The notes under the pieces are model-generated. The model searched no databases, was not told the origin of the DNA, and worked only from the letters and a program-made list of their open reading frames with translations. A DNA stretch of 64,000 nt, taken from a virus (taxonomy: Duplodnaviria; Caudoviricetes). The DNA lies in IMG/VR virus record IMGVR_UViG_3300042363_001351, positions 46,606 to 110,605 of that record. One strand, 5' to 3'. The translations under genes and the position numbers were made by a program. Each line of letters opens with the position of its first letter. The stretch's first letter is position 1. Of this stretch, positions 18,675-28,366 are shown in pieces.

Positions 18675-19889
18675 TCAACTATTCCATCTCTTGAGATATT
18701 TTCTCTCCGAAGAACCATAAGGAGTATTAAGAGCTTCAAGGTGGCATCCTATATTTTCTGGCAACTCTAAAAATCTTTGAGATCCTATGTGTCTAAACAT
18801 CTCAACATTACTATAATATTTTGGCTTATTTTTGAGCACCGCTTCAAGCTTTTGTTCCAAGTCATCACCGGTCTTAAACTTAAGAAACTCTGGAGCATTT
18901 TTATAGGTCTCCATGTCCTGGACCAAGCAGGGTAATCCCATAACGCACGATTCAATAAATTTAATATCAGACTTAGATCTGTTAAAGCTATTATCTAATA
19001 GAGGAGCTATCATAACCTGAGCGTTCAAATTAGCTATAAATCTTGGATAGTCTGCTAATGTCTGCCAGGGATGGAATTCTATTTTACGCTGTTGAACATA
19101 TTTTAGTAGAGGTGGTGGAAATGCTCCTACAAATACCCACTGATATTTATCAATAGTCTTTTCTACTAATTTTAATACATGTGAAAAATCATCTACACCT
19201 CCGTTTTTATTTTCAACATCATAATGAGCACCTGAGCCTGTATATAACACACGAGGTTTTTTCTTATTTTTATCATAGGTGTCGTAAATACGCCTTTTAT
19301 CATATACGTGGCCCATCCAAGAGTACGGTACAAAGTTAGGAATTACAGTTATTTCTTTTTTACCGGTGCGTTCTTGATATAGCTTCTTCATGTAATCACA
19401 GGTAACTGTAACCTCGTCACACATATTGATAATCTCAATACAGTTATTGCGAATTTCATCATTATCAAAAGCGAATTTAAATTTATTATAGTCAGGAATA
19501 TCCTCTCTGAATACAACGTCGTCAACTTCGTAAATTAACTTAAATTGATGATCTTGCTGTACTTGTTTAAGGTATTTAATAAATTCTTTTTGATCAGTAG
19601 AGGCTTGCCTCTGTACCTTAACTGATTTTACTCCTGTATACCATCTTGGATCAAACACCATGGCGGTAAGAGACGTAGAACAACCTACTCCGGTTTCGTT
19701 TATATGTTTTTCAGGCCATAGAATTCTCCAAAAACCACAGCCAGAATAATCTGCAAGATAATTAACATAGCGTGGCAATGAAAGCTCTCTAGGCTGCTCC
19801 GGAGCTACTATTTTCTGCGGTGAAGCTTGTACACCGAAGGGATTTACGAAAGGAACGGCAAAAGGATTAGCAAAAGGCTGCGCAAACAT
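18675..19889 (-). CDS. GT-B fold glycosyltransferase
   Basis: GCGFWR, YEVDD, VIPNF, APLLDNSFNRSKSDIK..E motifs; start 19889 follows TAAATA. Confidence 0.8.
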   Translation of the reverse strand: MFAQPFANPFAVPFVNPFGVQASPQKIVAPEQPRELSLPRYVNYLADYSGCGFWRILWPEKHINETGVGCSTSLTAMVFDPRWYTGVKSVKVQRQASTDQKEFIKYLKQVQQDHQFKLIYEVDDVVFREDIPDYNKFKFAFDNDEIRNNCIEIINMCDEVTVTCDYMKKLYQERTGKKEITVIPNFVPYSWMGHVYDKRRIYDTYDKNKKKPRVLYTGSGAHYDVENKNGGVDDFSHVLKLVEKTIDKYQWVFVGAFPPPLLKYVQQRKIEFHPWQTLADYPRFIANLNAQVMIAPLLDNSFNRSKSDIKFIESCVMGLPCLVQDMETYKNAPEFLKFKTGDDLEQKLEAVLKNKPKYYSNVEMFRHIGSQRFLELPENIGCHLEALNTPYGSSERKYLKRWNS

Positions 19890-19905
19890 ATGTGTTATAT
19901 TTACA

Positions 19906-21714
19906 TTAGTAATCCAAATAGTCAATACGCCTCGTTATACCATTTTGCTTTTCTAGGAAAATAACATCTCCAGTAACCGCTTTAACGGACTCCTTTCTGT
20001 GCGATATAACAATAGAACATTCATCTAAGGTACTAACCCTTTCCTTGAGTATCTCAGTAATTAAGTCAATGCCCTTCTCATCAAAAGACGAATCAAATAA
20101 TTCATCGTATATCGCTATATTGTAACTCACACCTCCTTGCATTCTTCTAATATCAGAAAATGCGAATAAACAAGCAAGATCTATAGATTTACGCTCTGCA
20201 CCTGAGAAATTAAAATAAGAGCATATTTTATTTTTATCATTAACAATCTGCTCTTCAAAATATTCATCAAATACGCATACAGAATTTGAATCTAACTTTT
20301 TAAGATAGTAATACAACTTACTATTGAGAAGTTCTAGAAGTTTGTTTACTATATAAGATTTAACACCCTCTTCACTGATAACAAACTTTACTATATCTAG
20401 AGTGCTTAGCTGTTTAGATATAGTTGAAACTATATCATTTACTTGATTAAGTCTGCTTTGTGTCTCATCAATTAAATCATCAAACTCTGTCTTACTTTCA
20501 TTTAGAGTTTCTATATCTTGTATAAGCTCATCTTGCCACTTTGTCAACTGAGTGATACGATTTGTAATATTTTCGTTATATTGAATCTTTAAGCTAGTCT
20601 CATTTATTAATTTGTTTTTTTCCTGAATAGCTTTTTTAATTTTTAATTTTTGACTCTCTACTTCTTGTATCTTTACGCTAATTTCTTCTACTTCTTTTGC
20701 TATAAGAATCATTTCATCTTTAAGCAATAGCTTTTCTTTATGAATATTCTCTTTATCGTGTTCTTGAATTGGTCTCAAACAAACTGGACAACTATCACTA
20801 TCTGTTCCAATCTTCTTATAAATTTCTTTCTTGTGTATAATAGTAGCTTTTTTATTAGAAGTGTCTCCTACTAATAAATTTTTTAAATCATCATTTTCGA
20901 TAAGTTTATCCTCTAGTTTATCTATTGTGAGTTGAATATCATCAATGTTTTGAATATCTGAACTCTCTTGTAGCTCTTTATTTAGCTTTTCTAGTTCAAG
21001 AGCGTTAGAGGATTGTCTTTCCAAATATAACTTACGCTTGTCTTCCTTTCTTTCAATTAATTTTTGCTTTTGATTATTATAATTTTGAAGTGTTTTATTA
21101 ATTTCATCTAACTTTGCATAATTAATATCATATTCTCTTTTAATATCATTATATTCCTGTCTCAGTGTCGAAATCATCTTACTAAAGACCTCCATTCCGA
21201 AGATATCTTCAATAAACTTACGTTTCTCGACTTTATTTTTTGCCATAAACGGAATAGTATTATTAACCGTCATGATAACACAGTTTTGAAAAATAGCAGG
21301 TGACGCACTCAGAACATCACATATGTATTTGGTGGTATTAGCTATGCTGTCGCGTGTTTTATCTACTCCGTCTTTATAAACACTTACTTTAGTAGGTGTA
21401 AGTGTACGTACAATATGAAATTTATTTTTACCTTTAGGTGAATCTATATTAAATTCTAATTCTACTTGTGTTTTTCCACCTGTTATATTATTTGTAATAA
21501 GATCTTTTTTAATTTCTCTTAAAGTCTCGCCAAAAATAGCAAAGTATATAGCATCAGCCACAGTAGATTTACCTACTGCGTTCTGTCTATCGGGTTTATC
21601 TTTATTATTACCTGTTATAAGGTGTAATCCCTTTCGAAAATCAACCGAAACAACCTCATTACCAACCGATAGAAAGTTTTGAATTGTTATTTTAGTAAAT
21701 GTTACCTTTTTCAT
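19906..21714 (-). CDS. 46: Recombination ATPase gp46 (Rad50/SbcC-like)
   Basis: QNFLSVG, NAVGKS, coiled coil with CPVC hook, FSGAE signature, YDELFDSS. Confidence 0.95.
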   Translation of the reverse strand: MKKVTFTKITIQNFLSVGNEVVSVDFRKGLHLITGNNKDKPDRQNAVGKSTVADAIYFAIFGETLREIKKDLITNNITGGKTQVELEFNIDSPKGKNKFHIVRTLTPTKVSVYKDGVDKTRDSIANTTKYICDVLSASPAIFQNCVIMTVNNTIPFMAKNKVEKRKFIEDIFGMEVFSKMISTLRQEYNDIKREYDINYAKLDEINKTLQNYNNQKQKLIERKEDKRKLYLERQSSNALELEKLNKELQESSDIQNIDDIQLTIDKLEDKLIENDDLKNLLVGDTSNKKATIIHKKEIYKKIGTDSDSCPVCLRPIQEHDKENIHKEKLLLKDEMILIAKEVEEISVKIQEVESQKLKIKKAIQEKNKLINETSLKIQYNENITNRITQLTKWQDELIQDIETLNESKTEFDDLIDETQSRLNQVNDIVSTISKQLSTLDIVKFVISEEGVKSYIVNKLLELLNSKLYYYLKKLDSNSVCVFDEYFEEQIVNDKNKICSYFNFSGAERKSIDLACLFAFSDIRRMQGGVSYNIAIYDELFDSSFDEKGIDLITEILKERVSTLDECSIVISHRKESVKAVTGDVIFLEKQNGITRRIDYLDY

Positions 21715-22760
21715 ACAGTACACTTATTATAAAGATCTAGCGTATAGTTAAGTATATCATTTTTATCTTCTATGTCAAGAAGATTTATAAATTCCTCAAT
21801 AGCGCACGTAATATCAATTCCAGATAGATCTTTATCATTGTTATCATTACTAATTTTATTATAACTCAAATCATATTCTATTTGTAGAGCTTCAGGCTTT
21901 AGTAAATTTAACTTTGATGTAAGAATAGCTAAATCTTCTTGCGATATATTTCTGTCTACTTTAAATTTAACTATATTATTGAGAAATAATGTTTTTATTT
22001 CCGATGTAATAGTTGTAGCCTCTACAAGATCACTCAAATTAATTTTCTTATAGTGAGGTGATATAGTATTTTCAATAAACTCATATTCTTGCGTATCAAT
22101 ATCAAGTATGTGATAGCCTTTAGTATTATCACAATCGCCGAAATCCATTTGAAACGGATTACCTACATACAAAATGGTGCCTGAGCCGTATTTTTTTTCA
22201 TGTCTAAAGTGAAAGTGACCTGAAATAATTAAAGAACTCTTACTTAATAACTCCTTAACACTTAGACCGTCTTCACAATCCTTATATGAATTCATCTTGA
22301 ACGTTTCAATTTCAAAATGACCAAAAATAATATCACTTTTTTCTATTTGTTTAGTAGAGGTACCCCACGGACACAATGTTATTGTTTTATCAAATACACT
22401 TAATGTAGTAACCTTATCTATTACTGAGATATTCCTACTATTTTTAAAGAGAGAAAGAGAGTTAACATCAGTTCTATGTTTATAGTATATGTCATGATTA
22501 CCAACTAAAGCAATAACATTAAAGTCTTCAAAAATTTTTAATATATCTGCAGATACTTGAAGTGTATTAACTGATATCTCACTTCTATTATGATACCAGT
22601 CGCCACAGAATATAATATCCTTTATATTCTGTTTTTTGAGCTCTCTGCAAAGCCAGTTAGCCCAATTCAAAGCAATTTCATGCCATTGAGTGCTATTAGT
22701 ATGTACACCTAAGTGTAGGTCAGATATAATAGCAACTCTAGGCTTATTAATCTTGATCAT
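21711..22760 (-). CDS. 47: Recombination nuclease gp47 (Mre11/SbcD-like)
   Basis: SDLHLG, GDWY, VGNHD, GHFE, SGHFH metallophosphoesterase motifs. Confidence 0.95.
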   Translation of the reverse strand: MIKINKPRVAIISDLHLGVHTNSTQWHEIALNWANWLCRELKKQNIKDIIFCGDWYHNRSEISVNTLQVSADILKIFEDFNVIALVGNHDIYYKHRTDVNSLSLFKNSRNISVIDKVTTLSVFDKTITLCPWGTSTKQIEKSDIIFGHFEIETFKMNSYKDCEDGLSVKELLSKSSLIISGHFHFRHEKKYGSGTILYVGNPFQMDFGDCDNTKGYHILDIDTQEYEFIENTISPHYKKINLSDLVEATTITSEIKTLFLNNIVKFKVDRNISQEDLAILTSKLNLLKPEALQIEYDLSYNKISNDNNDKDLSGIDITCAIEEFINLLDIEDKNDILNYTLDLYNKCTV

Positions 22761-23184
22761 AGAAGTCGTCATCACCATCACCTACAGGTTTAACATAAAC
22801 GAGATTGTTACATGTTTTAGGATCATTCATAATATCCTCATATACTTTCTCTCTATAGTTTTTTTCTGCTTCATGATGCCTTTTTTCCTTTTTAATACGA
22901 TTAACGAACGCATTAAATGCAATCGTTGTAAAATATGAGAAAGGGTTTGACTCAGCAGCAAATTTATATTTTTTACCCTTAAGTGCTGAGTACATTTTAA
23001 TAAGAGAGTCTCCTATCATGTCGTCTTTGTAAGTATAATTAATAAACGAGCTATTATAGCTTAGACCATAAGCAATTTTTTTAATATTCTCAGCAAGGTC
23101 ATCAGTCAAAATATCAGATTCATAGTACTTACGTAAAGATTCTTTAAATTCGACAGGATTTACGTAGTAATTTTCTTTAGACAT
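22747..23184 (-). CDS. 55: Late transcription sigma factor gp55
   Basis: YYVN..EF, FINYTYKDDMIGD, NPFSYFTTIAFNAF..RIKKEK. Confidence 0.93.
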   Translation of the reverse strand: MSKENYYVNPVEFKESLRKYYESDILTDDLAENIKKIAYGLSYNSSFINYTYKDDMIGDSLIKMYSALKGKKYKFAAESNPFSYFTTIAFNAFVNRIKKEKRHHEAEKNYREKVYEDIMNDPKTCNNLVYVKPVGDGDDDFYDQD

Positions 23185-23204
23185 AACTAAATTATATACT
23201 AATG

Positions 23205-24656
23205 TTAATTTATATCAATATCTTTTTCGGTATATAGTATTTTTTCCGCATTATAAATTTGTTTTCTTTTTTCTGAATGCTTCATACCATAATTTAAACT
23301 ATCACACAGGTCAATAATGAGGAGCTTTTTTTTATTTTTATGTAATCTCAATCCTCTACCTATCGACTGTACAGTTCTAATAAAAGATTTACCTCCAGAT
23401 ACGAATAAAATATTATGAAGGTTTTTAATATTAACACCGGTAGAGAATATAGCACTTATTGCAATGCAAATTATATCATCACTACTCTCCATGAGTTTTT
23501 TTATTTTTTCCCGCTCTTCAATTTCCACATCCCCTCTAATAAAGAAGACTCTCTTACTGGAGCATGTGTTTTTTATTACTTCAAACAAGTTTTCACCGTG
23601 TATAATATGATTAACAAGAATTAATGTATTATTAGTAAGCTTATTGCTTAATTGACCTATAAATTTGTTGCGTTTTTCGTGTGTATATATGAAACTAAGC
23701 TCATTTCTATACTCGCTGTCTGTAGTATTTGGAATAATAGGAGATACATAATTAAGATTAATTATTTTAACCTCTACATTTGTAAGATAACTCTCTAGAC
23801 GAAGGTCGTGACTGTTTTTTTCATATAGAACTGGTCCAAGCTTACCTATAATAAACCATCTAGCTAGTTTATCCTCAGGTAGTGTACCTGTAAATCCGTA
23901 TCTATTACTTGTTTTAATATTAGATATAATTTTACTAATCTCATTTGATGATTTTACCTTATGACACTCATCAACTACTAGCAAATCTACATATTTAACC
24001 CATTCGTTATCTTTGAACTGCGAAAGAAGTATCTGAATGTTGCATATAATGACGTTACTCGTGAAGTCTGGCTTGTTATTACCAGTCCATTTTGTTACTT
24101 TAAATGTAGTACCGCTAGCTATAAACTCATCATACGTTTGTTGTACTAGTCCTAAATCCGGTACTATCATTATACACTTAAAAGTAGTAGCGTTGGGCGA
24201 ATTTCTATAATAATTTTCAATTAGAGCAGCAGTAGTTAGCGTTTTACCGGCTCCTGTACCTAAAACACACGTACCCCAACCGTTTTTTATAGCCTTTTCT
24301 ATTACCTCTTCTTGATAGTCTCTTAATTTAAGTGAAAAATCTTTAAAAATTGGATTGGATGATCCGCAGTTAAGCGCTTCTTTAAATTTTTCAGTTAAAG
24401 TTATGTTATCTGTTATTTGATTGGATATTAAGTACTTTTTTATCTCCCAAAATAGACCTAAATCACAAAGGCCTGTAGGAGTAATAGCATATTTTCGTGT
24501 TGGTAATTTAATTCTTCTTGAACTAAATCTTTTTTGTACAAAAACAGCATTTTTATCTTCTACACTAAAATGCTCTCGAAGATTTTCATAAATATCTCTA
24601 TTATCACACTTAATTATTAACTTACGATTTGTTTTAGTGTAATCAAAAGTAATCAT
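23205..24656 (-). CDS. uvsW: SF2 helicase UvsW
   Basis: LRDYQ, GTGAGKT, VDECH, GFTGT, STGVNI, QSIGRGLR. Confidence 0.93.
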   Translation of the reverse strand: MITFDYTKTNRKLIIKCDNRDIYENLREHFSVEDKNAVFVQKRFSSRRIKLPTRKYAITPTGLCDLGLFWEIKKYLISNQITDNITLTEKFKEALNCGSSNPIFKDFSLKLRDYQEEVIEKAIKNGWGTCVLGTGAGKTLTTAALIENYYRNSPNATTFKCIMIVPDLGLVQQTYDEFIASGTTFKVTKWTGNNKPDFTSNVIICNIQILLSQFKDNEWVKYVDLLVVDECHKVKSSNEISKIISNIKTSNRYGFTGTLPEDKLARWFIIGKLGPVLYEKNSHDLRLESYLTNVEVKIINLNYVSPIIPNTTDSEYRNELSFIYTHEKRNKFIGQLSNKLTNNTLILVNHIIHGENLFEVIKNTCSSKRVFFIRGDVEIEEREKIKKLMESSDDIICIAISAIFSTGVNIKNLHNILFVSGGKSFIRTVQSIGRGLRLHKNKKKLLIIDLCDSLNYGMKHSEKRKQIYNAEKILYTEKDIDIN

Positions 24657-25048
24657 AACTGCTCAAGCTTTTGTATTTCAATAATATTTTTAATATCATA
24701 CCCCATACCTGACATAATTTTTTCAACTTTTTCGAGATACTCTACAATAAATTCATACTCTTTTATAGAATCAGCAATAGATGTTAACTCTTCTGTAGCT
24801 TCTGCAGCTATTTCTGCTGTCTGTTGAGTTAGTTTAACTGGAGCTTCAGCTATAATTTTTGTTACAAGTACTTTTTTAAGGTTTTTCTTTTTTTTATGTA
24901 AAGATTGTAGAGTTATTTTTGCATCAATTAATCTAGCCGCCCAAAAATGCTTACGTGAAGGTAACTTAAGTTGTATTTCTTTAATATTAAAATCAGTAAT
25001 TAAAAGATCACCATTAATTTCTTCTTTATATCTTTTTAGCAATTCCAC
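24653..25048 (-). CDS. uvsY: Recombination mediator UvsY-like
   Basis: 131-aa helical protein upstream of uvsW, ending YDIKNIIE. Confidence 0.75.
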   Translation of the reverse strand: MELLKRYKEEINGDLLITDFNIKEIQLKLPSRKHFWAARLIDAKITLQSLHKKKKNLKKVLVTKIIAEAPVKLTQQTAEIAAEATEELTSIADSIKEYEFIVEYLEKVEKIMSGMGYDIKNIIEIQKLEQL

Positions 25049-25073
25049 AGAATTATTATAAATACTTTAGTAA
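25049..25073. promoter_or_regulatory. Overlapping divergent promoters (minus TATAAT; plus TATAAATA 25057-25064)
   Basis: A 25-bp intergenic region holds both elements. Confidence 0.6.
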
Positions 25074-25292
25074 GTGAAATCAACTGTAACATTTAAACAA
25101 TTTTTCTACGAGAATATGACGTCATCGGGAGCTCTAGGTGGATCGAGCGGGGGATTCTCACCAGATAGTATATCTGGTTCAGATTTTTATGCTCCCGGCG
25201 ATGCAAGAATAGCGAAAGGCGGTGCTGTTTATACAAGAGCAGGTAAGCTAAATCGTAAAAAGCGCAAAAAAAGAAATAAATCTAAAAAATAA
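25074..25292 (+). CDS. Small basic putative head-packaged peptide
   Basis: FKQFFYE leader; K/R-rich C-terminus. Confidence 0.6.
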   Translation: MKSTVTFKQFFYENMTSSGALGGSSGGFSPDSISGSDFYAPGDARIAKGGAVYTRAGKLNRKKRKKRNKSKK

Positions 25293-25702
25293 TGGATTTA
25301 GGTCACTGGAATACTAGTCTTATACTTGAAGAAGGTAATATACCTTATGGTTTTATATACAAAATAACCTGTTTACCTACAGGTAAAAAATATATTGGTA
25401 AGAAACAATGTAAGTCAATACTAAAGAGAAGGCCTTTAAAGGGTAAGAAGAACAAAAGACATGAAATAATTGAGACGGATTGGAAGAACTACACTTCTTC
25501 TTCGAGAGAGCTTAATGAAGATATTTCTAAATACGGTAAGGATAGCTTTTTATTTGAAATTATTGAACTTTGCGACTCTAAATTTGCACTAGCTTACAGA
25601 GAGGCTAAAATACAATTCGACGAGGAGGTTTTGTTACGAAATGACTATTATAACGGAATCATTAATCTCAGAGTATCAAAGCCAAAAATCCATATGTCTT
25701 AA
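25292..25702 (+). CDS. GIY-YIG-like nuclease domain protein
   Basis: GFIYKIT...YIGKK, plus downstream E and YN residues. Confidence 0.75.
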   Translation: MDLGHWNTSLILEEGNIPYGFIYKITCLPTGKKYIGKKQCKSILKRRPLKGKKNKRHEIIETDWKNYTSSSRELNEDISKYGKDSFLFEIIELCDSKFALAYREAKIQFDEEVLLRNDYYNGIINLRVSKPKIHMS

Positions 25703-26060
25703 CGATATTCTTCGTAAATCGTATGCTAAATCACTTAGCGATGCTATTAATTTAGATGTTCCTTTTGACGTTAATAATTTAGATATTAAAAAACTTATAA
25801 AACATAATCTTATAATAGATATATGTGAGTTTAAAAAACTTCCGTCAAAAGATTCCTACTTTTATATTAGTAGAGATGAATTTAATGAGGAGTTTGTAGT
25901 AATTTTAGATGAGGTTTTTTCAAAGATGGAACTTTATAAATACGAAAAAAGCAAAAATTTCTTTCAGAATTTTCGTAAATATTTAAAATTAAACGGTTTG
26001 AGTTATATATTAAACGTTTATCTAAAGCAAGTTGGTAACAAATTAGCTTTATTTAGATAA
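25641..26060 (+). CDS. Hypothetical protein
   Basis: 139-aa ORF; start uncertain. Confidence 0.5.
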   Translation: MTIITESLISEYQSQKSICLNDILRKSYAKSLSDAINLDVPFDVNNLDIKKLIKHNLIIDICEFKKLPSKDSYFYISRDEFNEEFVVILDEVFSKMELYKYEKSKNFFQNFRKYLKLNGLSYILNVYLKQVGNKLALFR

Positions 26061-26068
26061 ATATACTT

Positions 26069-26437
26069 ATGAGTAAATTTCTTAAAATAGTAGGTGAAAA
26101 TCTAGCGAGTATAGATAATCCTCAAGCAATCTTCTATCTTAAGCTTGTAGATGATAAAGGAAACGATATTGGCTATGAACCAATACAGTTAAGAGGCACT
26201 ACTTACGCAGAAGATGTATTTTTAAAAATAAAAAATGCTATCAGTGAGGGTTCAGATATAAACTCTACTCCAGAAGAGGATAACGAAATTTATGCTGGTG
26301 CAGAGGCTTTAAGTGATATGGGTGATAGGGATACGACAGCAAGACTTAAAAGACTTAAAGATACTGCAAGAATAAAAAGACCTATAATTAATGCCACAAT
26401 TACAAAACTAGCAGACAGTTTATCGAAAGTACAATAA
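26069..26437 (+). CDS. Putative head-packaged protein
   Basis: MSKFLKIVGE leader; GATAAATA at 26056-26063. Confidence 0.6.
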   Translation: MSKFLKIVGENLASIDNPQAIFYLKLVDDKGNDIGYEPIQLRGTTYAEDVFLKIKNAISEGSDINSTPEEDNEIYAGAEALSDMGDRDTTARLKRLKDTARIKRPIINATITKLADSLSKVQ

Positions 26438-27117
26438 TGTCCAAAACTCTAAAAATAATATCAAAGTACTATAAGGTGTTAGGAGAGCAAGCTCCTGATG
26501 AGCAGCTAGGAGGAGGTGAGGCTTCGCCAGTACCTGCTGAGGCGCAACAGACTGGCAGCCTACTAAGTGAAAACGAAAAGTATGTGATAAAAATACTCAC
26601 TAATGCTTTTATCTTTAATCCTAATTTATTCGATAAGTCAAAACAAAAATATATCTATAGTAAGATTGATCAAATAAAAGGAATGGTGAACGTACCGGTC
26701 TCGAAAACAGTGGATGAGATTAAAAAAATTATAGCTATAGACAGAAGCTTGAGAGTTGAGTCTAAGACGCTTTCGCTATTAGATAGTTATATGATTTTAA
26801 TTGAGCAACCTGCTGACGCTACAGAACCGCAAGGTGGCTCTCAGCCAGCTCAAAAAAATATTGTTAATCAATCAACGGAGGGTGAGTTGAATGGTGAAGG
26901 TAATAATTTAAATTTAGCTGAAATTTTTCCACTCTATAAAGAATTAATACTCAAGGCTCTTAAGCACGCTCCCACTGAAGAAGAGTTAATGATAATAAAG
27001 CCGGTCGTGAATGAATTTGCTGATTCTGACCCAGAAAAAATAGTAGAAGCTATTCAAAATATTCTAAGTCAATCTTTAGAAGATAAAGAAGTAGAAGACA
27101 ACTTGAGCAATGCCTAA
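26437..27117 (+). CDS. Putative head-packaged protein with internal duplication
   Basis: SKTL....Y..L.EQ occurs twice, each followed by a P/Q linker and a helical domain. Confidence 0.6.
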   Translation: MSKTLKIISKYYKVLGEQAPDEQLGGGEASPVPAEAQQTGSLLSENEKYVIKILTNAFIFNPNLFDKSKQKYIYSKIDQIKGMVNVPVSKTVDEIKKIIAIDRSLRVESKTLSLLDSYMILIEQPADATEPQGGSQPAQKNIVNQSTEGELNGEGNNLNLAEIFPLYKELILKALKHAPTEEELMIIKPVVNEFADSDPEKIVEAIQNILSQSLEDKEVEDNLSNA

Positions 27118-28366
27118 TTGGAATCTAGAAAAAATCTATTCAGAAAGGGTGAAGGATGTAGGCCACATCTCTCAACCTAGACATATTGTTACAGAGTTTA
27201 CTTCTAAGAGCCAGGTTAAAAAAGCTATTGTAAATAATAACCCCTCATTAAAGGTAGGTACAGATAAAAAGGGAGCAATAAGATTGCAGCCTAAGGTTAA
27301 GGTTGATGATAAAGAGAAATTTACTCAGGATTTTCTTAATACTCTAGATGATATAAATCTTATAGTAGTAGATGTAATACCTCCAGGAGCTCCTGATTCA
27401 CCCTCTAGTGCTTTTAACTCCTATAAGGTAAAGGACTCTGCTAGTAATGAGTTTGTTATTACATTAGGTGGAGGTTCGTTCGGTAACGCCGGGATGAATT
27501 ATGAAAGAGAAATATTAAAGGCTGCTGAAGCTTATTTTAATAAGCCTGAGGAGGTAGAAAAACCTAAATTTATAGAAAAAATAGAAGACTATTTAAATGT
27601 AAAATTTACAGATTTAGATAAAGGTAAATCGTTTGAAAGAAAGGTTAAGAGACCTCTTACAGATGAGGGTCCGAGTGATAAGGGAGATGAGATATCTGAT
27701 ATAACATTTATAGATGAAGATAAAAATAAGTATTACATCTCGATAAAAAACATAGGAGGTAAAACAGTTTCAAACGCTGGCGCTAAGGGCATGTTTAAGC
27801 TTTCTGGAGATGAAGTAGAGTTTACAAACCAAGAGCGTAATAAAATTGGAGGTAAACTATTAAGTGCAGCAAATGCTAACATAGATAAAATTATACGCGG
27901 TCTTGAAGATTATATAAAGGAGACACCTTCGCAGCCCGATCAAGATAAAAATATAGATACTACAGACGAGTCAGATATTGAAGCATTGCAGAAATTTTTA
28001 GGTTCTGCATTTGATTACGGGTATATTTACGTTAAGCAAAAAAACAAAAGAGATGATTTAGAAATAGCAGATCTCACCACAAAAGAAGATCTTTACGATT
28101 TTGTTGGTGATATTAAAAAAGTAGAAGTAAAATACCCTTATTATCTTAATTCAATTAGATCGCGAAAACACGCATCTATTATTTTGACTACTGACAAAGG
28201 TGTCTATAGTTTTGATATTAGAAATGCAGCTGGAGATGTTATACCTAATCAAATTAACCTTGTGAGAGGTGGTAGTAATAAAGATATTAAGCTTAATAAA
28301 GCTAATATATCTAAGATTGGTACGGGTAACTCAGAAATAGAAAATATATTATCACAATATGATTAA
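27110..28366 (+). CDS. PD-(D/E)xK restriction-endonuclease-like protein
   Basis: GMNYERE, then ISDITF...YYISIK (D-x11-S-x-K). Confidence 0.5.
   Translation: MPNWNLEKIYSERVKDVGHISQPRHIVTEFTSKSQVKKAIVNNNPSLKVGTDKKGAIRLQPKVKVDDKEKFTQDFLNTLDDINLIVVDVIPPGAPDSPSSAFNSYKVKDSASNEFVITLGGGSFGNAGMNYEREILKAAEAYFNKPEEVEKPKFIEKIEDYLNVKFTDLDKGKSFERKVKRPLTDEGPSDKGDEISDITFIDEDKNKYYISIKNIGGKTVSNAGAKGMFKLSGDEVEFTNQERNKIGGKLLSAANANIDKIIRGLEDYIKETPSQPDQDKNIDTTDESDIEALQKFLGSAFDYGYIYVKQKNKRDDLEIADLTTKEDLYDFVGDIKKVEVKYPYYLNSIRSRKHASIILTTDKGVYSFDIRNAAGDVIPNQINLVRGGSNKDIKLNKANISKIGTGNSEIENILSQYD

Noticed and set aside
8838-24656. Introns or inteins in gp41, UvsX, gp43, gp46, UvsW
   Set aside because: Proteins are of normal length with contiguous motifs.
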